From: Armatimonadota bacterium
GTDB taxonomy: Bacteria; Armatimonadota; Hebobacteria; CAIYQO01
Direction: 5' to 3'
DNA: 25,590 nt
NCBI GenBank assembly: GCA_038248345.1
Contig: JBBRXO010000028.1
Span: 1 to 25,590, forward strand
A program made the position numbers and the translations under genes. The notes beneath the pieces are model-generated. The model ran no database searches. It was not told where the DNA came from and worked only from the letters and a program-made list of their open reading frames with translations. Positions 1 through 8,887 of the stretch are shown piece by piece (the stretch's first letter is position 1; the number at the start of each line of letters is the position of its first letter).

Positions 1-738
1 CGTACCACCTTCTTTCACTTTCCCTTCGCGCGTCACCCAGGTCTTTGTGCGCCAGCCCCTTTTTGCTGCTTCCTTTACGACAGGCAGCAAACCTTGATGC
101 ATGCGGTAGAGACGGAATAACTCGCGCACGATGGTCGCCTCGGTCGGATTGACACGCAGCTTACTGCCTGTCGGCGCGGCATCCAGATCGTACCCCAGTG
201 GCAACCCGCCCCCGACGAATTTGCCTTTTCGCCGGGCGGCACCCATTTTGTCTTTCGTGCGCTCGGCGATGAGTTCGCGTTCATATTCGCCGAAGGCCGC
301 CAGGATGTTGAGCATCAGACGGCCCATGCTGGAGTCAGTGCGGATTTGCTGGGTGACGCTGGCCAGCGCGATGTTGGAGTCGTCGAAGCGTTGCATCAAC
401 CCGAGGAAATCCACGAGCGAACGGGAAAGCCGGTCGATCTTATAGACGATTACGACATCAACCAGCCCGGCATCGATATCGGCCAGCAGGCGCTGGAGCG
501 CCGGGCGTTCCGTGTTGCCGCCGGTGAATCCGCCATCATGATAGAGTTGCGGGAGCGTCACCCAACCCTCATGCCGTTGGCTGAGCACATAGGCTTCTCC
601 GGCTTCACGTTGGGCGTCGAGCGAATTGAACTCGCGTTCGAGGCCTTCGCTGGTCGATTTGCGACAGTAGATGGCGCAGCGCATCTGGCGGGCAGCCTGC
701 GGCGTTTCCACTGCGGTAGCGGTTTTTCGTCGTGCCAT
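1..738 (-). CDS. Large serine recombinase (resolvase/recombinase family), 3' end outside window
   Basis: Not in the ORF track; translated by hand from ATG 738: MARRKTATAVETPQAARQMRCAIYCRKSTSEGLEREFNSLDAQREAG...DGGFTGGNTERPALQRLLADIDAGLVDVVIVYKIDRLSRS...GRLMLNILAAFGEYERELIAERTKDKMGAARRKGKFVGGGLPLGY. Shows the YxRxS catalytic serine, DRLSR and the PLGY start of the recombinase domain. Frame is open to base 1 and coupled to the upstream gene by TAATG. Confidence 0.95.
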   Translation of the reverse strand, partial: MARRKTATAVETPQAARQMRCAIYCRKSTSEGLEREFNSLDAQREAGEAYVLSQRHEGWVTLPQLYHDGGFTGGNTERPALQRLLADIDAGLVDVVIVYKIDRLSRSLVDFLGLMQRFDDSNIALASVTQQIRTDSSMGRLMLNILAAFGEYERELIAERTKDKMGAARRKGKFVGGGLPLGYDLDAAPTGSKLRVNPTEATIVRELFRLYRMHQGLLPVVKEAAKRGWRTKTWVTREGKVKEGGT

Positions 739-1220
739 TAGTTTTGCTCCTTCCCGGCCAATCCGAAGAAGGCGCGTCCGCTGCAGTGGCTGCCCGTGAC
801 GGTTTTCGCTACGGCGGATAGCGAGGCGTAGACGGTGCCCTCATAGAGAAAGCCATTATCGAGCATCTCGACCTCAATCCGTTTTCCCTTGTAGAGACGC
901 GAGATGATCTTGCCAGCACACGGCGCTGCCAGTGTGATGTCAGGCGCCGAGCCAGCGTCGACGCCGGGTTGGAAATCTTTCGGTGGGCGCACCCGGATGA
1001 GCGATTCATCGATGAGGGTGGTCAAGCGCGCTTTCGTTCGCTGGCTCAAGCCGCCATAGGTTTGTTCTTGCAATCGCCATGCGATCCGTTTGAATAAAAA
1101 GTCCCGGTTGTGAGAGTTTGTTTCTTCGCCGAAGAGTTCACAGTACTTTGCGCGTAGTTGAGGCGTGCTCAACCCCTGCAGCGCATGCAGTTGAGCAGTC
1201 ATCGTGGTTGTGGTCGTCAT
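738..1220 (-). CDS. DUF2924 domain protein
   Basis: LFKRIAWRLQEQTYGGLS and GFLYEGTVYASLSAVAKTVTGSHCSGRAFFGL match DUF2924, which typically sits directly upstream of such recombinases. SD AGGAGG precedes the start. Confidence 0.9.
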   Translation of the reverse strand: MTTTTTMTAQLHALQGLSTPQLRAKYCELFGEETNSHNRDFLFKRIAWRLQEQTYGGLSQRTKARLTTLIDESLIRVRPPKDFQPGVDAGSAPDITLAAPCAGKIISRLYKGKRIEVEMLDNGFLYEGTVYASLSAVAKTVTGSHCSGRAFFGLAGKEQN

Positions 1221-1435
1221 GCCATACCTCCTGAGATTATCTGGTTAACCTCCGTTAGTGGAGTGACACATTCATCGCTCTGGCGCGCCGATGCAGTCAA
1301 GGCCTGTTGGCCGGAATTGCGCCCTCTCGTGCCGGAAATTAACAGTGTGCGTACTATCCCGCGCGCAAAGATCTCCTGGAGTTCCATCACGCGTTCATCG
1401 GGCGTCATCTCGTTGGGGTCTGTATCTAATCGCAT
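1217..1435 (-). CDS. Small hypothetical protein of the DUF2924-recombinase module, possibly with a chimeric N-terminus
   Basis: MRLDTDPNEMTPDERVMELQEIFARGIVR; ATGA overlap with DUF2924. Start placed at ATG 1435 (track uses 1459, which overlaps the upstream gene). Confidence 0.6.
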   Translation of the reverse strand: MRLDTDPNEMTPDERVMELQEIFARGIVRTLLISGTRGRNSGQQALTASARQSDECVTPLTEVNQIISGGMA

Positions 1436-1451
1436 CTCTCTCGCTACCTCA

Positions 1452-1742
1452 CTAATCAAGTATGGTCATCATCACCCGTTCCAGCGAGGGAATGCGCAGC
1501 GTGGCGCCCACCGGCAGGTCGAGTGGAAAGCAAATGTCATTCCAGTCACAGATCACCCACCAGAGTGTGGGATCATTCAAATATTGGTAGGCCAGCAGAT
1601 CGATCCGGTCGGCATCCGTCACCACGTGGAAGCGGTCATCCGGCTGTGGCGTGGTATCGACCAGCGGACGACTGCCCAGGAACTGGGTATCCATATCCTG
1701 AAACACCACACAATCGCGATATCGCGAGCGGTTATTGCTCAT
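1452..1742 (-). CDS. LysM/tail protein X-like baseplate component
   Basis: SRY...HVVTDADRIDLLAYQYLNDPTLWWVICDWNDICFPLDLPVGATLRIP is the LysM-like signature of contractile-tail baseplate proteins; ATGA overlap with the upstream gene. Confidence 0.85.
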   Translation of the reverse strand: MSNNRSRYRDCVVFQDMDTQFLGSRPLVDTTPQPDDRFHVVTDADRIDLLAYQYLNDPTLWWVICDWNDICFPLDLPVGATLRIPSLERVMMTILD

Positions 1743-2206
1743 CTCCGCACCTCACTGGCATTCACCGATTGCGCCACTACCTCTTCCAGCGTCACCTCGA
1801 CATCGGCACGTTTCGGCAGCAGCGTCACAGGATCAAAGAGATAGCTGTAATGTGCGCGCACCTCCCGCACCAGACATAGGGTGCCGGGATACAACTCCCC
1901 GAAGAAGAACAGCACCTGGTGCGGCGCTTGCTTCAGCATGCCGATATCATGTGTGGGATAAAGCAGCGACTGCAGCCAGGCGACATTCTCCTTCACCCCC
2001 TGCTGGTAGAAGGTCGCGGTAAAACTGATCTTCCGCGCATCACCAGCCACGAACTGGTAGCGCGGATGACTCATCCCCGGCACCACCATGGTGGCGTAGC
2101 TGGCCGATTTACCGTCTACGATATCGTTGGGATTATATTGAAACGCTAGCCGTTCGCGGGTGACGGCATCCACCAGGTAGGCGGTTAATGCTTTCGTCTG
2201 TGCCAT
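1739..2206 (-). CDS. Contractile tail tube-initiator-like protein (CIS tube N-terminal / gpU-like)
   Basis: FQYNPNDIVDGKSASYATMVVPGMSHPRYQFVAGDARKISF and DPVTLLPKRADVEVTLEE; lies between tape measure and LysM genes; SD AGGAGGT. Confidence 0.8.
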   Translation of the reverse strand: MAQTKALTAYLVDAVTRERLAFQYNPNDIVDGKSASYATMVVPGMSHPRYQFVAGDARKISFTATFYQQGVKENVAWLQSLLYPTHDIGMLKQAPHQVLFFFGELYPGTLCLVREVRAHYSYLFDPVTLLPKRADVEVTLEEVVAQSVNASEVRR

Positions 2207-2215
2207 ATTAACCTC

Positions 2216-4030
2216 CTAACGATTGTCATAGTTGCGAATGCGGCGTTCACTCATATCGCGATATACCGCGCGGGCTATCTCTCGACCATCCAAAGTGACT
2301 ACCATGTCACCCGGAGTATTGCCACCCAGCGCGTCTAACTTGCTGGCGATTAACTCCAGTAGATCACGTATGGGCTCATTATTAGATGGCACGGTAGTAA
2401 CCTGTTGCTGTTGCCGCACTGGTACCGGCATGATAGGCCGTATGGCTGGTGTGCTCGCTACCACCGGTGCCAACGTCGGTGGCATAATAGCTGGCAGATT
2501 ATTGCCAAAGGCAAACGCCTGCTGCATCGCCAACGCTGGTAAATGCGAAGCTTTGGCAATCCCACGACTCATGGTGTCGAGTACCGAGAAGCCGGATTGC
2601 GTCAGCATAGAGAGCGGTCCCAACTCAGCATCGGAATGCGGTAGCAACTTGCCCAGTTTGTCGAGACCAGCCTTCAAGGCATTAAAAGGAGCCATGGCAG
2701 CCTGCTTGATACCATCCGCCAGACTCTCCATAAGCTTTTTACCGGACTCAAGTGCATTGGGAATAATGTTCTGGAATCCGGTGAGTATATTTTGCAATGC
2801 TCCTGCAGCGGCATTCTTCACCCCATCCCAGGCATTAATCGCCCAACTCTTCACCCCGGCCCAGGCGTTCCATGCCGCGCCGGAGATACTATTCCACACG
2901 CCGTTGATAGTATTGCCCACCACCTGCATGGCATTTCCCAGCCAGGGGTACTGCGCGGAGATCTCGCTGACCGCATTACTACTGGCCGCCTTGCAGCGAT
3001 CCCAGAGCGACCCATGCCCATTAGCGATTGCCCCCCAGGCACCGACAGCGATATTCTTCGCCAGCTCCAGATTCTTCCCGTGGAAGTTCACATACGCAGA
3101 TACGCCGGACTTGATCCCTTCCCAGGCCTGACTGGCTCCATTCTTAATACCGTTCCAGGCATTGTTGCACCAGCCCCCCACGGCAGCAGCACCGGCCTTC
3201 ACGCCATCCCAAATAGCACCACCCGCACTCTTCATCCATCCCCATGCTTTCCCGAGGAACCCTTTGATGGCATCCCAGTTTTTATACACCGCCAGCGCGA
3301 TCCATCCCAACGGCCCGAGAATAACCGCCAATATAGTTGGCCCCCAGGCTTTGAGGAATGAGACGACGCCGGTGAATACCGAGACCGCTGACTGCTTGAG
3401 TCCATTCCAACAGCCCAGCAAAAACGCCTTAATGGCATCCCAGTTCTTCCAGACTAATATGCCAATGGCGATCAAGGCGATGATTGCCAGACAGATTAAA
3501 CCTATGGGGCCAGTAGCAATGGTCATCGCAGCACCAAAAGCGCTAGTGGCCACAGTTGCCACCCAGGTGGCCGCCGCCCCCGCCAGCATTACCCCACGCT
3601 GGACGAGTAATACTGCCATAGCAGCCGCACTTCGCGCCTGTAGCGCCACCCACTGCGCCCCTTGCGCCACCAGCGCGCCCACCGCGCGCCACCCGGCGAC
3701 GGCATACTGCGCGGTGCTGATCGCCGCCATGCGGATAGCCTGCCAGGCGCCGGTGATCCCACCGATAAAGCTCGACCAGGAGGTGCTGACGATGGTCTGA
3801 ATCTGATTGATGGTGCGCACCAGACTGATCGAGCCGGCCATCTGCAAGCCCATGACGAAGTTGCTGATAATGCGCGCGCCGGCGATGGTGGCCTGAATTC
3901 CGGTCTGGATCAGCGCCGGGCCGAAGATCGTTCCGAGGACAATCGCGGCCCATTTCACGACAGACGAGATGGTGCCCCAATGCGTGACGAACACGTTGCT
4001 GACCACCGTCATCCCTTCCCGCAACCGACC
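2216..4030 (-). pseudogene. Phage tail tape measure protein, C-terminal ~600 aa only (5' part missing)
   Basis: Ala/Gly-rich helical sequence with periodic Trp, duplicated KNWDAIK(A/G)FL, LLPHSDAELGPLS and the C-terminal VTLDGREIARAV motif. No native N-terminus: the frame runs into transposase sequence. Confidence 0.85.
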
Positions 4031-4255
4031 GTAGTCCGTAACGCGTTGAAGACCTACCCAAAAACATACTATTCCGGGGCTGCCGTCACCTTTTCTACCG
4101 ACAAAACTTCCTTGCTTAGCCACAAGTCTTACCATCTCCAACAAAGTCGGAGGCATTTCCGGTGGACTCTTATGTGTTTCGATTACCATTACAGATTTCC
4201 ATTCTGAATCATCAAAAACCACCGTGCAGGGCAAATCCGGACACGTTCTCCCTAG
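4031..4255 (-). mobile_element. IS4-family (IS50/Tn5-like) transposase C-terminal remnant
   Basis: LGRTCPDLPCTVVFDDSEWK...PPTLLEMVRLVAKQGSFVGRKGDGSPGIVCFWVGLQRVTDY matches the dimerisation-domain consensus PPTL..A.LGGFLGRKGDG.PG...W.GL.RL. No DDE core or terminal repeats seen. Confidence 0.85.
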
Positions 4256-4349
4256 GCTGCCGAATGACGTCGATGTAGTAACATTTTTTCATCTTCCTGA
4301 GGGCACAGATCAACGGGTATTTGCGGAGCCACATTTAGCCTCAAAATGA
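4254..4349 (+). pseudogene. Short fragment resembling a DUF6932 / nucleotidyltransferase-like protein
   Basis: Hand translation RLPNDVDVVTFFHLPEGTDQRVFAEPHLASK*. PNDVDVVTFF recalls the P.D(I/V)DVV motif of that family; no start codon. Confidence 0.4.
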
Positions 4350-4412
4350 ACCATAAATGCCATTGTATAACCACCTAAAATACTCACCAATTTCCGCCAT
4401 AATTCAGCCTTC

Positions 4413-4431
4413 TGGCACCAGAGTGGCACCA
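4413..4431. repeat. Direct repeat TGGCACCA x2 (11-bp period), integrase arm-site-like
   Basis: TGGCACCA at 4413-4420 and 4424-4431, at the boundary between mobile debris and the sugar locus. Confidence 0.45.
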
Positions 4432-4438
4432 AAAAATT

Positions 4439-4504
4439 ACAAACATCACCCCGGCCCCAGTATCCCAATTACGGGATGGCGGGATCGGGGTGTTTTTGTT
4501 TTCT
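4439..4504 (+). terminator. Long imperfect hairpin with T-tract, terminator-like
   Basis: CACCCCG (4447-4453) pairs with CGGGGTG (4486-4492); inner ATCCC (4462-4466) pairs with GGGAT (4473-4477); followed by TTTTTGTTTTCT. Confidence 0.55.
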
Positions 4505-4580
4505 CACGGTTCTGTCAGAACTCGCTGTTGTCGTCATGTTAAGAATGGAATTTATGCAGTAAAAATGCAATGAATGTCTA

Positions 4581-4609
4581 TTGATTTCCTTGCGCGTGAG
4601 TGGTAGAGT
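4581..4609 (+). promoter_or_regulatory. Putative sigma70 promoter of the oxidoreductase-GH65-PfkB operon
   Basis: TTGATT (4581-4586), 17 bp spacer, TAGAGT (4604-4609) with an extended -10 TG at 4601-4602. Confidence 0.55.
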
Positions 4610-4688
4610 AAGCTTAAATGGGACTGTATGATAAACAGCGCCATCCTTCTATTTGATGAAATTCGCTGAATACAGATCGGAGATGATG

Positions 4689-5702
4689 ATGGATAGAATT
4701 CGCGTTGGTATGGTAGGTGTCAGTAATTTCGGGGCATGTCGGAGAGTGCTCCTGCGTGATACCGAGATGTTTACCATCGTTGCCTGTTTCGACTACTCGA
4801 ATGAGGCACTGGAGGCGGCACAAGCCGAGGAAGGCTGTGTGGTCGTTGCCAGCTATGATGAGTTATTGGCACAGGATATTGAGGCCATTGTGATCAGCAC
4901 TGGGGCTGATTCGCACGCGGACTATGCCATACGAGCAGCACAAGCAGGAAAGCACTTCTTTGTCGAAAAGCCGCTCTGCACCAATATGGATGAGTTGACT
5001 GCGCTACTGACTGCGGGCGAAAAAGCTGGAGTTGTCATGGGTATGGGACATTCCGACTTGGATACTCCCATTGATGCTATCGTGAGTGATTATCTGGCTT
5101 CGGGCAGATTAGGCACCATCGTGGCGGTGGAGATAACCACCTGCCATGGCGGGGGCTGGTACCCTTCTGCCTGGCGATTTGACCCGGCAAAGAACCCGGG
5201 AGGTATGCTCTTTCAATGTGGTGTACATAGTCTTCACTGGTTACAAACAGTATTCGGTTCGGTACGGGAAGTCTCGGCGATGATGCGGTATGATATGAAT
5301 CCGAATACTAAAACCTCCGATGCCACCACTGTGCTGTTGCGTTTGGATTCTGGCTTACTCGCGACGTTGCATGCTTATCATGTGACGGCTTACCATCATT
5401 TTCGTTTCATCTATGGGACCAGAGGTAACCTCTATATCTATGAATACCCCGAAGCGGTCTTCTTCCAGGAACGCTCCGAAACCGGGCATGAAGAAAAGGT
5501 ATCGGTACCGTTACCTCCAGCGCAGACGATTTCAAGCCGGATGAACATGATCAGTTGGGCAAAGGCTATCCGCGGGGAGGGCACACCTGCACCAAGTATT
5601 TACGATGGCGCACGCGCTGTAGCTGCGGTCTTTGCCGCCGCCGAATCCGCCGTAACCCGGTGCGTTGTTACTATCCCAGAAAGCATTATCGCACCAAAGT
5701 AA
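4689..5702 (+). CDS. Gfo/Idh/MocA family oxidoreductase
   Basis: Rossmann start IRVGMVGVSNFG, AGKHFFVEKP, WRFDPAKNPGGMLFQCGVH. Start moved from 4653 to ATG 4689 because of GGAG at 4679-4682. Confidence 0.93.
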   Translation: MDRIRVGMVGVSNFGACRRVLLRDTEMFTIVACFDYSNEALEAAQAEEGCVVVASYDELLAQDIEAIVISTGADSHADYAIRAAQAGKHFFVEKPLCTNMDELTALLTAGEKAGVVMGMGHSDLDTPIDAIVSDYLASGRLGTIVAVEITTCHGGGWYPSAWRFDPAKNPGGMLFQCGVHSLHWLQTVFGSVREVSAMMRYDMNPNTKTSDATTVLLRLDSGLLATLHAYHVTAYHHFRFIYGTRGNLYIYEYPEAVFFQERSETGHEEKVSVPLPPAQTISSRMNMISWAKAIRGEGTPAPSIYDGARAVAAVFAAAESAVTRCVVTIPESIIAPK

Positions 5703-5733
5703 TGACAGTCTGATCAACCAGTATGGAGTGAAG

Positions 5734-7944
5734 ATGATTACACCTAAACAAGATGAACAGTTGATGCCAGATCCGCGCACGCATATTTATAACGAAACAG
5801 CCAGGCCGGATTTAGAAGCGAACCTGGCTACCCGATATGCGTTGGCCAATGGGTATCTGGGTATTCGTGGCACGCATGAAGAGATGCCGGAATGGGCCTC
5901 GGCGGGTTTCTTTGTCGCGGGAACCTATTGCGCAGCGCCAGCAGCGCTGGTGCCTATTCATTCGCCAGCGCATATTCTGACTCATCCGACGAGGATTCTA
6001 CCCGAACGTCATGCCGACTACATCAGCCTGACGACGATGCCGAATCTGCCGAATCCGGTTGCTGTTCGATTGACACTGGGCGGTGAGCTGATCTCATTGG
6101 ACAATGTTGCCATATTGGCATGTGAGCGGGTATTACATATGGAAGATGCCCGCCTCACCCGTCGAATGGTTATCCGCAATTCCGCGGGGCAACGTGCGAC
6201 GATTGACTCTGAACGCGTGGTGAGCTGGGCGAATCCACAGCTGATCATATTTCGTTATCAGGTGCAGGTAGACGATGCTAACGTGGACGTAACAGTGGAG
6301 CCATATATTGCGGCGCAGGTGAGCAATATGCGTGGCATTCGCCTTTTTACGGTAGCAGAGGAACATTGCGCACCGCACTTGAATCTGCTGCTGGCGCACA
6401 TAGCAGAGCCGGAGCAGCAGGTGGCCATTGTGCAGGCGTACAATGTGTACCGCGAAGGACGTACCGTCACCCTGGAGGTAATCGTCGCTGTCGATCAGAA
6501 GTCGTTGGACGATGCGCAGCAAATGGCCCAGGATGGGTTGGCTACCGGGTATATGGCCTTGTATGAAGAACACTTGGTGGCGGTTCAACAAGTGCAACAA
6601 CGAGTAAAAGTAGACCTGGAGGCTGATGTCTTAAGTGTCCAGGGCTTTAAGTTCAACCAATTGCATTTGGAGATGGCGCTATGTCCAGATAACCCAGCAG
6701 TCAGTGTCCCCATTAAAGGTCTCACCGGCGAGGGCTATCGGTTCATGGTTTTCTGGGATACGGATTTCCATCTATTCCCATATTATCTGCTGACAAATCC
6801 AACGCAAGCGCGCAACTTGATCATCTATCGCTACAATCAGTTGCCTGCTTATCGGCGGTTTGCCCAATTCTGGGGATATGCTGGGGCGCAAGTTCCATGG
6901 GAAACCGGGAGCAGTGGTGAGGAAGAAACGGCACCATGGCTATGCCTGCAGGAGCGTGAGATACATATCTCCGCCGATGTAGCCTATGCAGTTAAACTTT
7001 ATGACGAGTGGACCACCGACGCTAGCGTATTAATCCACTACGGCGCGGAGATCGTCTTTGAGACCGCCCGTTTCTACGCCAGTCGTGTAATATGGAATGC
7101 TGAAGGTAATCGTTATGAGATCAGAGACATCGGTTGTCCGGATCAGTATCACACCTTTGCGGATAATAATGTATTCATTAGTCGCATGGCCCGTTTCAAT
7201 TTGGAGTACGCAGCCAGCCTGGGCGCAGACCCGCGCTTGGCAGGAGTACGCGAAAAGTTGCTTGTCGGGGACGACGAGGTTGCCAATTTTCAACATATCG
7301 CTAAGTATCTCTACATCATTCAGCCTGATGATGAGGGGATTATCGAAGAATTTGATGGTTTTTTCGCGTTGTCATCCGATCTACGTGGGATAAGTGAACA
7401 CAATTGCAGCCACACGCAGGCGGTAAAACAACCGGATGTGCTGGCGTTGTATCTTCCATTTCACGCAGATTATTCGCCGGAGGTGCTGCAGCGCAACTGG
7501 TATTATTATCAGGCACGTACCAGCCACGGCTCATCATTGAGCCTCCCTGGCATGGGGTTGGCGGCTGCGCTGGCGGGTCTTCCTGACGAAGCAGCCGACT
7601 ATTTCCTGCGTTCATCACGTATGGATCTGGACGATGTGAATGGCAACACCAATCTGGGCGTTCACCTTGCCGGGTACGCGGTACTCTGGGAGACCCTTTC
7701 CTTTGGGTTCAGCGGTTTGCGCCTCTATCGCGATCGAATTGAATTTGCCCCGCATTTCCCGCGACGATGGGGGAAGATAAGCTATAGATTCACCTGGCAT
7801 GGTAGTCTTCTCCACGTTACTGTCACTGCTGATAGTCTGCAGATCACCTCAATGGCTACCAATTTGTGCGAGGTTCCAGTGCAGGTAATCGGCAGCGAAC
7901 TTTATTCACTAGCTATCGGAGAGGAGTATACCGTTGCCTATTGA
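5734..7944 (+). CDS. Glycoside hydrolase family 65-like protein (kojibiose/maltose/trehalose phosphorylase family)
   Basis: LANGYLGIRGTHEE, KGLTGEGY, FWDTD, GAQVPWE, EIHISADVA, KQPDV and HGSSLS motifs. Start taken as ATG 5734 after GGAG (track start 5665 overlaps the previous gene). Confidence 0.92.
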   Translation: MITPKQDEQLMPDPRTHIYNETARPDLEANLATRYALANGYLGIRGTHEEMPEWASAGFFVAGTYCAAPAALVPIHSPAHILTHPTRILPERHADYISLTTMPNLPNPVAVRLTLGGELISLDNVAILACERVLHMEDARLTRRMVIRNSAGQRATIDSERVVSWANPQLIIFRYQVQVDDANVDVTVEPYIAAQVSNMRGIRLFTVAEEHCAPHLNLLLAHIAEPEQQVAIVQAYNVYREGRTVTLEVIVAVDQKSLDDAQQMAQDGLATGYMALYEEHLVAVQQVQQRVKVDLEADVLSVQGFKFNQLHLEMALCPDNPAVSVPIKGLTGEGYRFMVFWDTDFHLFPYYLLTNPTQARNLIIYRYNQLPAYRRFAQFWGYAGAQVPWETGSSGEEETAPWLCLQEREIHISADVAYAVKLYDEWTTDASVLIHYGAEIVFETARFYASRVIWNAEGNRYEIRDIGCPDQYHTFADNNVFISRMARFNLEYAASLGADPRLAGVREKLLVGDDEVANFQHIAKYLYIIQPDDEGIIEEFDGFFALSSDLRGISEHNCSHTQAVKQPDVLALYLPFHADYSPEVLQRNWYYYQARTSHGSSLSLPGMGLAAALAGLPDEAADYFLRSSRMDLDDVNGNTNLGVHLAGYAVLWETLSFGFSGLRLYRDRIEFAPHFPRRWGKISYRFTWHGSLLHVTVTADSLQITSMATNLCEVPVQVIGSELYSLAIGEEYTVAY

Positions 7945-8887
7945 TACGACTAAACCCTTTGATATCACCTTCATTGGCCATGTGTGCTATGATGAAATCA
8001 CCCCCTTTAATGGGACAACTACTGTGGCTCCTGGTAGCGCAGTTTTGTGTGGGGCGGCGGTTTCTTCACGGGTAGGAGCACGGACTGCGGTCGTAACCCG
8101 TATGAATCCAGCCGATGTCGATATCATTGAACCGCTACGTGCCGCTGGCGTTAAAATTGCGATTACTCCATGCGAAGTAACCACTTTCGCCCGCGTTGTC
8201 CACCCCTCTACCAATGTGGATGAACGCCGACTCTACGTAATACGAGACTCCGGCCCATTTACGATGGATGATATTCCGCATGATCTGCATAGTGGCATCA
8301 TCCATCTGGCAGGTATTTCCAACCATGAGTTCACGATGCCCTTCATCCAGGAGCTGAAGCAACGAGGGTACTCACTTTCTCTGGATATGCAGAGCTTTGT
8401 GCGCGTCATTGGACCGGAGCGGCAGATTGTTTTCAGTGATTTCCCCTTAAAACGTGAGGTAGTGGCGTTACTGGATGTGGTTAAACTCGATATAGTCGAA
8501 GCAGAGCTTCTCACAGGAACCAGTGATTTAGTGCGCGCCGCCCGAATTATCACCGAGTGGGGCGCGAATGAGGTATTGATAACCGAGCAAGCTGGTGCAA
8601 CGTTGGCAGTGAACGGCCAGGTGTGGTCGGCTCCTTTCACAAATCGCAGTACTATAGGGCGTACCGGACGTGGTGATACCACCATGAGCGCCTACCTGTC
8701 ACGCCGTATGACGCACACGCCTATCGAGGCGCTACGCTTTGCCGCCGCGCTAGTCTCGGTAAAGATGGAAAAGCCCGGCCCATTTGCCGATACCATCAGT
8801 ACCGTAGAGCAACGCATGAACGATATTCATGCATTGGAGTGCCACTACCCCGTTATTTTTCCGTCGGTAGTACAATCCCCTGCATGA
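7934..8887 (+). CDS. PfkB family carbohydrate kinase
   Basis: ITFIGHVCYD, APGSAV, EVLIT and anion-hole motif GRTGRGDT; TTG start after GAGGAG, overlapping the GH65 stop region. Confidence 0.9.
   Translation: MPIDTTKPFDITFIGHVCYDEITPFNGTTTVAPGSAVLCGAAVSSRVGARTAVVTRMNPADVDIIEPLRAAGVKIAITPCEVTTFARVVHPSTNVDERRLYVIRDSGPFTMDDIPHDLHSGIIHLAGISNHEFTMPFIQELKQRGYSLSLDMQSFVRVIGPERQIVFSDFPLKREVVALLDVVKLDIVEAELLTGTSDLVRAARIITEWGANEVLITEQAGATLAVNGQVWSAPFTNRSTIGRTGRGDTTMSAYLSRRMTHTPIEALRFAAALVSVKMEKPGPFADTISTVEQRMNDIHALECHYPVIFPSVVQSPA

Noticed and set aside
75..741. Track ORFs 75-284, 131-445 and 346-741
   Set aside because: Alternate-frame or antisense shadows of the serine recombinase.
1452..4030. Complete extracellular contractile injection system or tailocin
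   Set aside because: Only three tail genes are present; no sheath, tube, spike, baseplate wedge or ATPase, and the tape measure is truncated. A prophage remnant fits better.
2232..4207. Long + strand ORFs (299, 189, 212 and 181 aa)
   Set aside because: Antisense to the tape measure gene; no recognisable motifs.
4357..4542. 61-aa ORF
   Set aside because: No SD or motif; spans the repeat and hairpin region.
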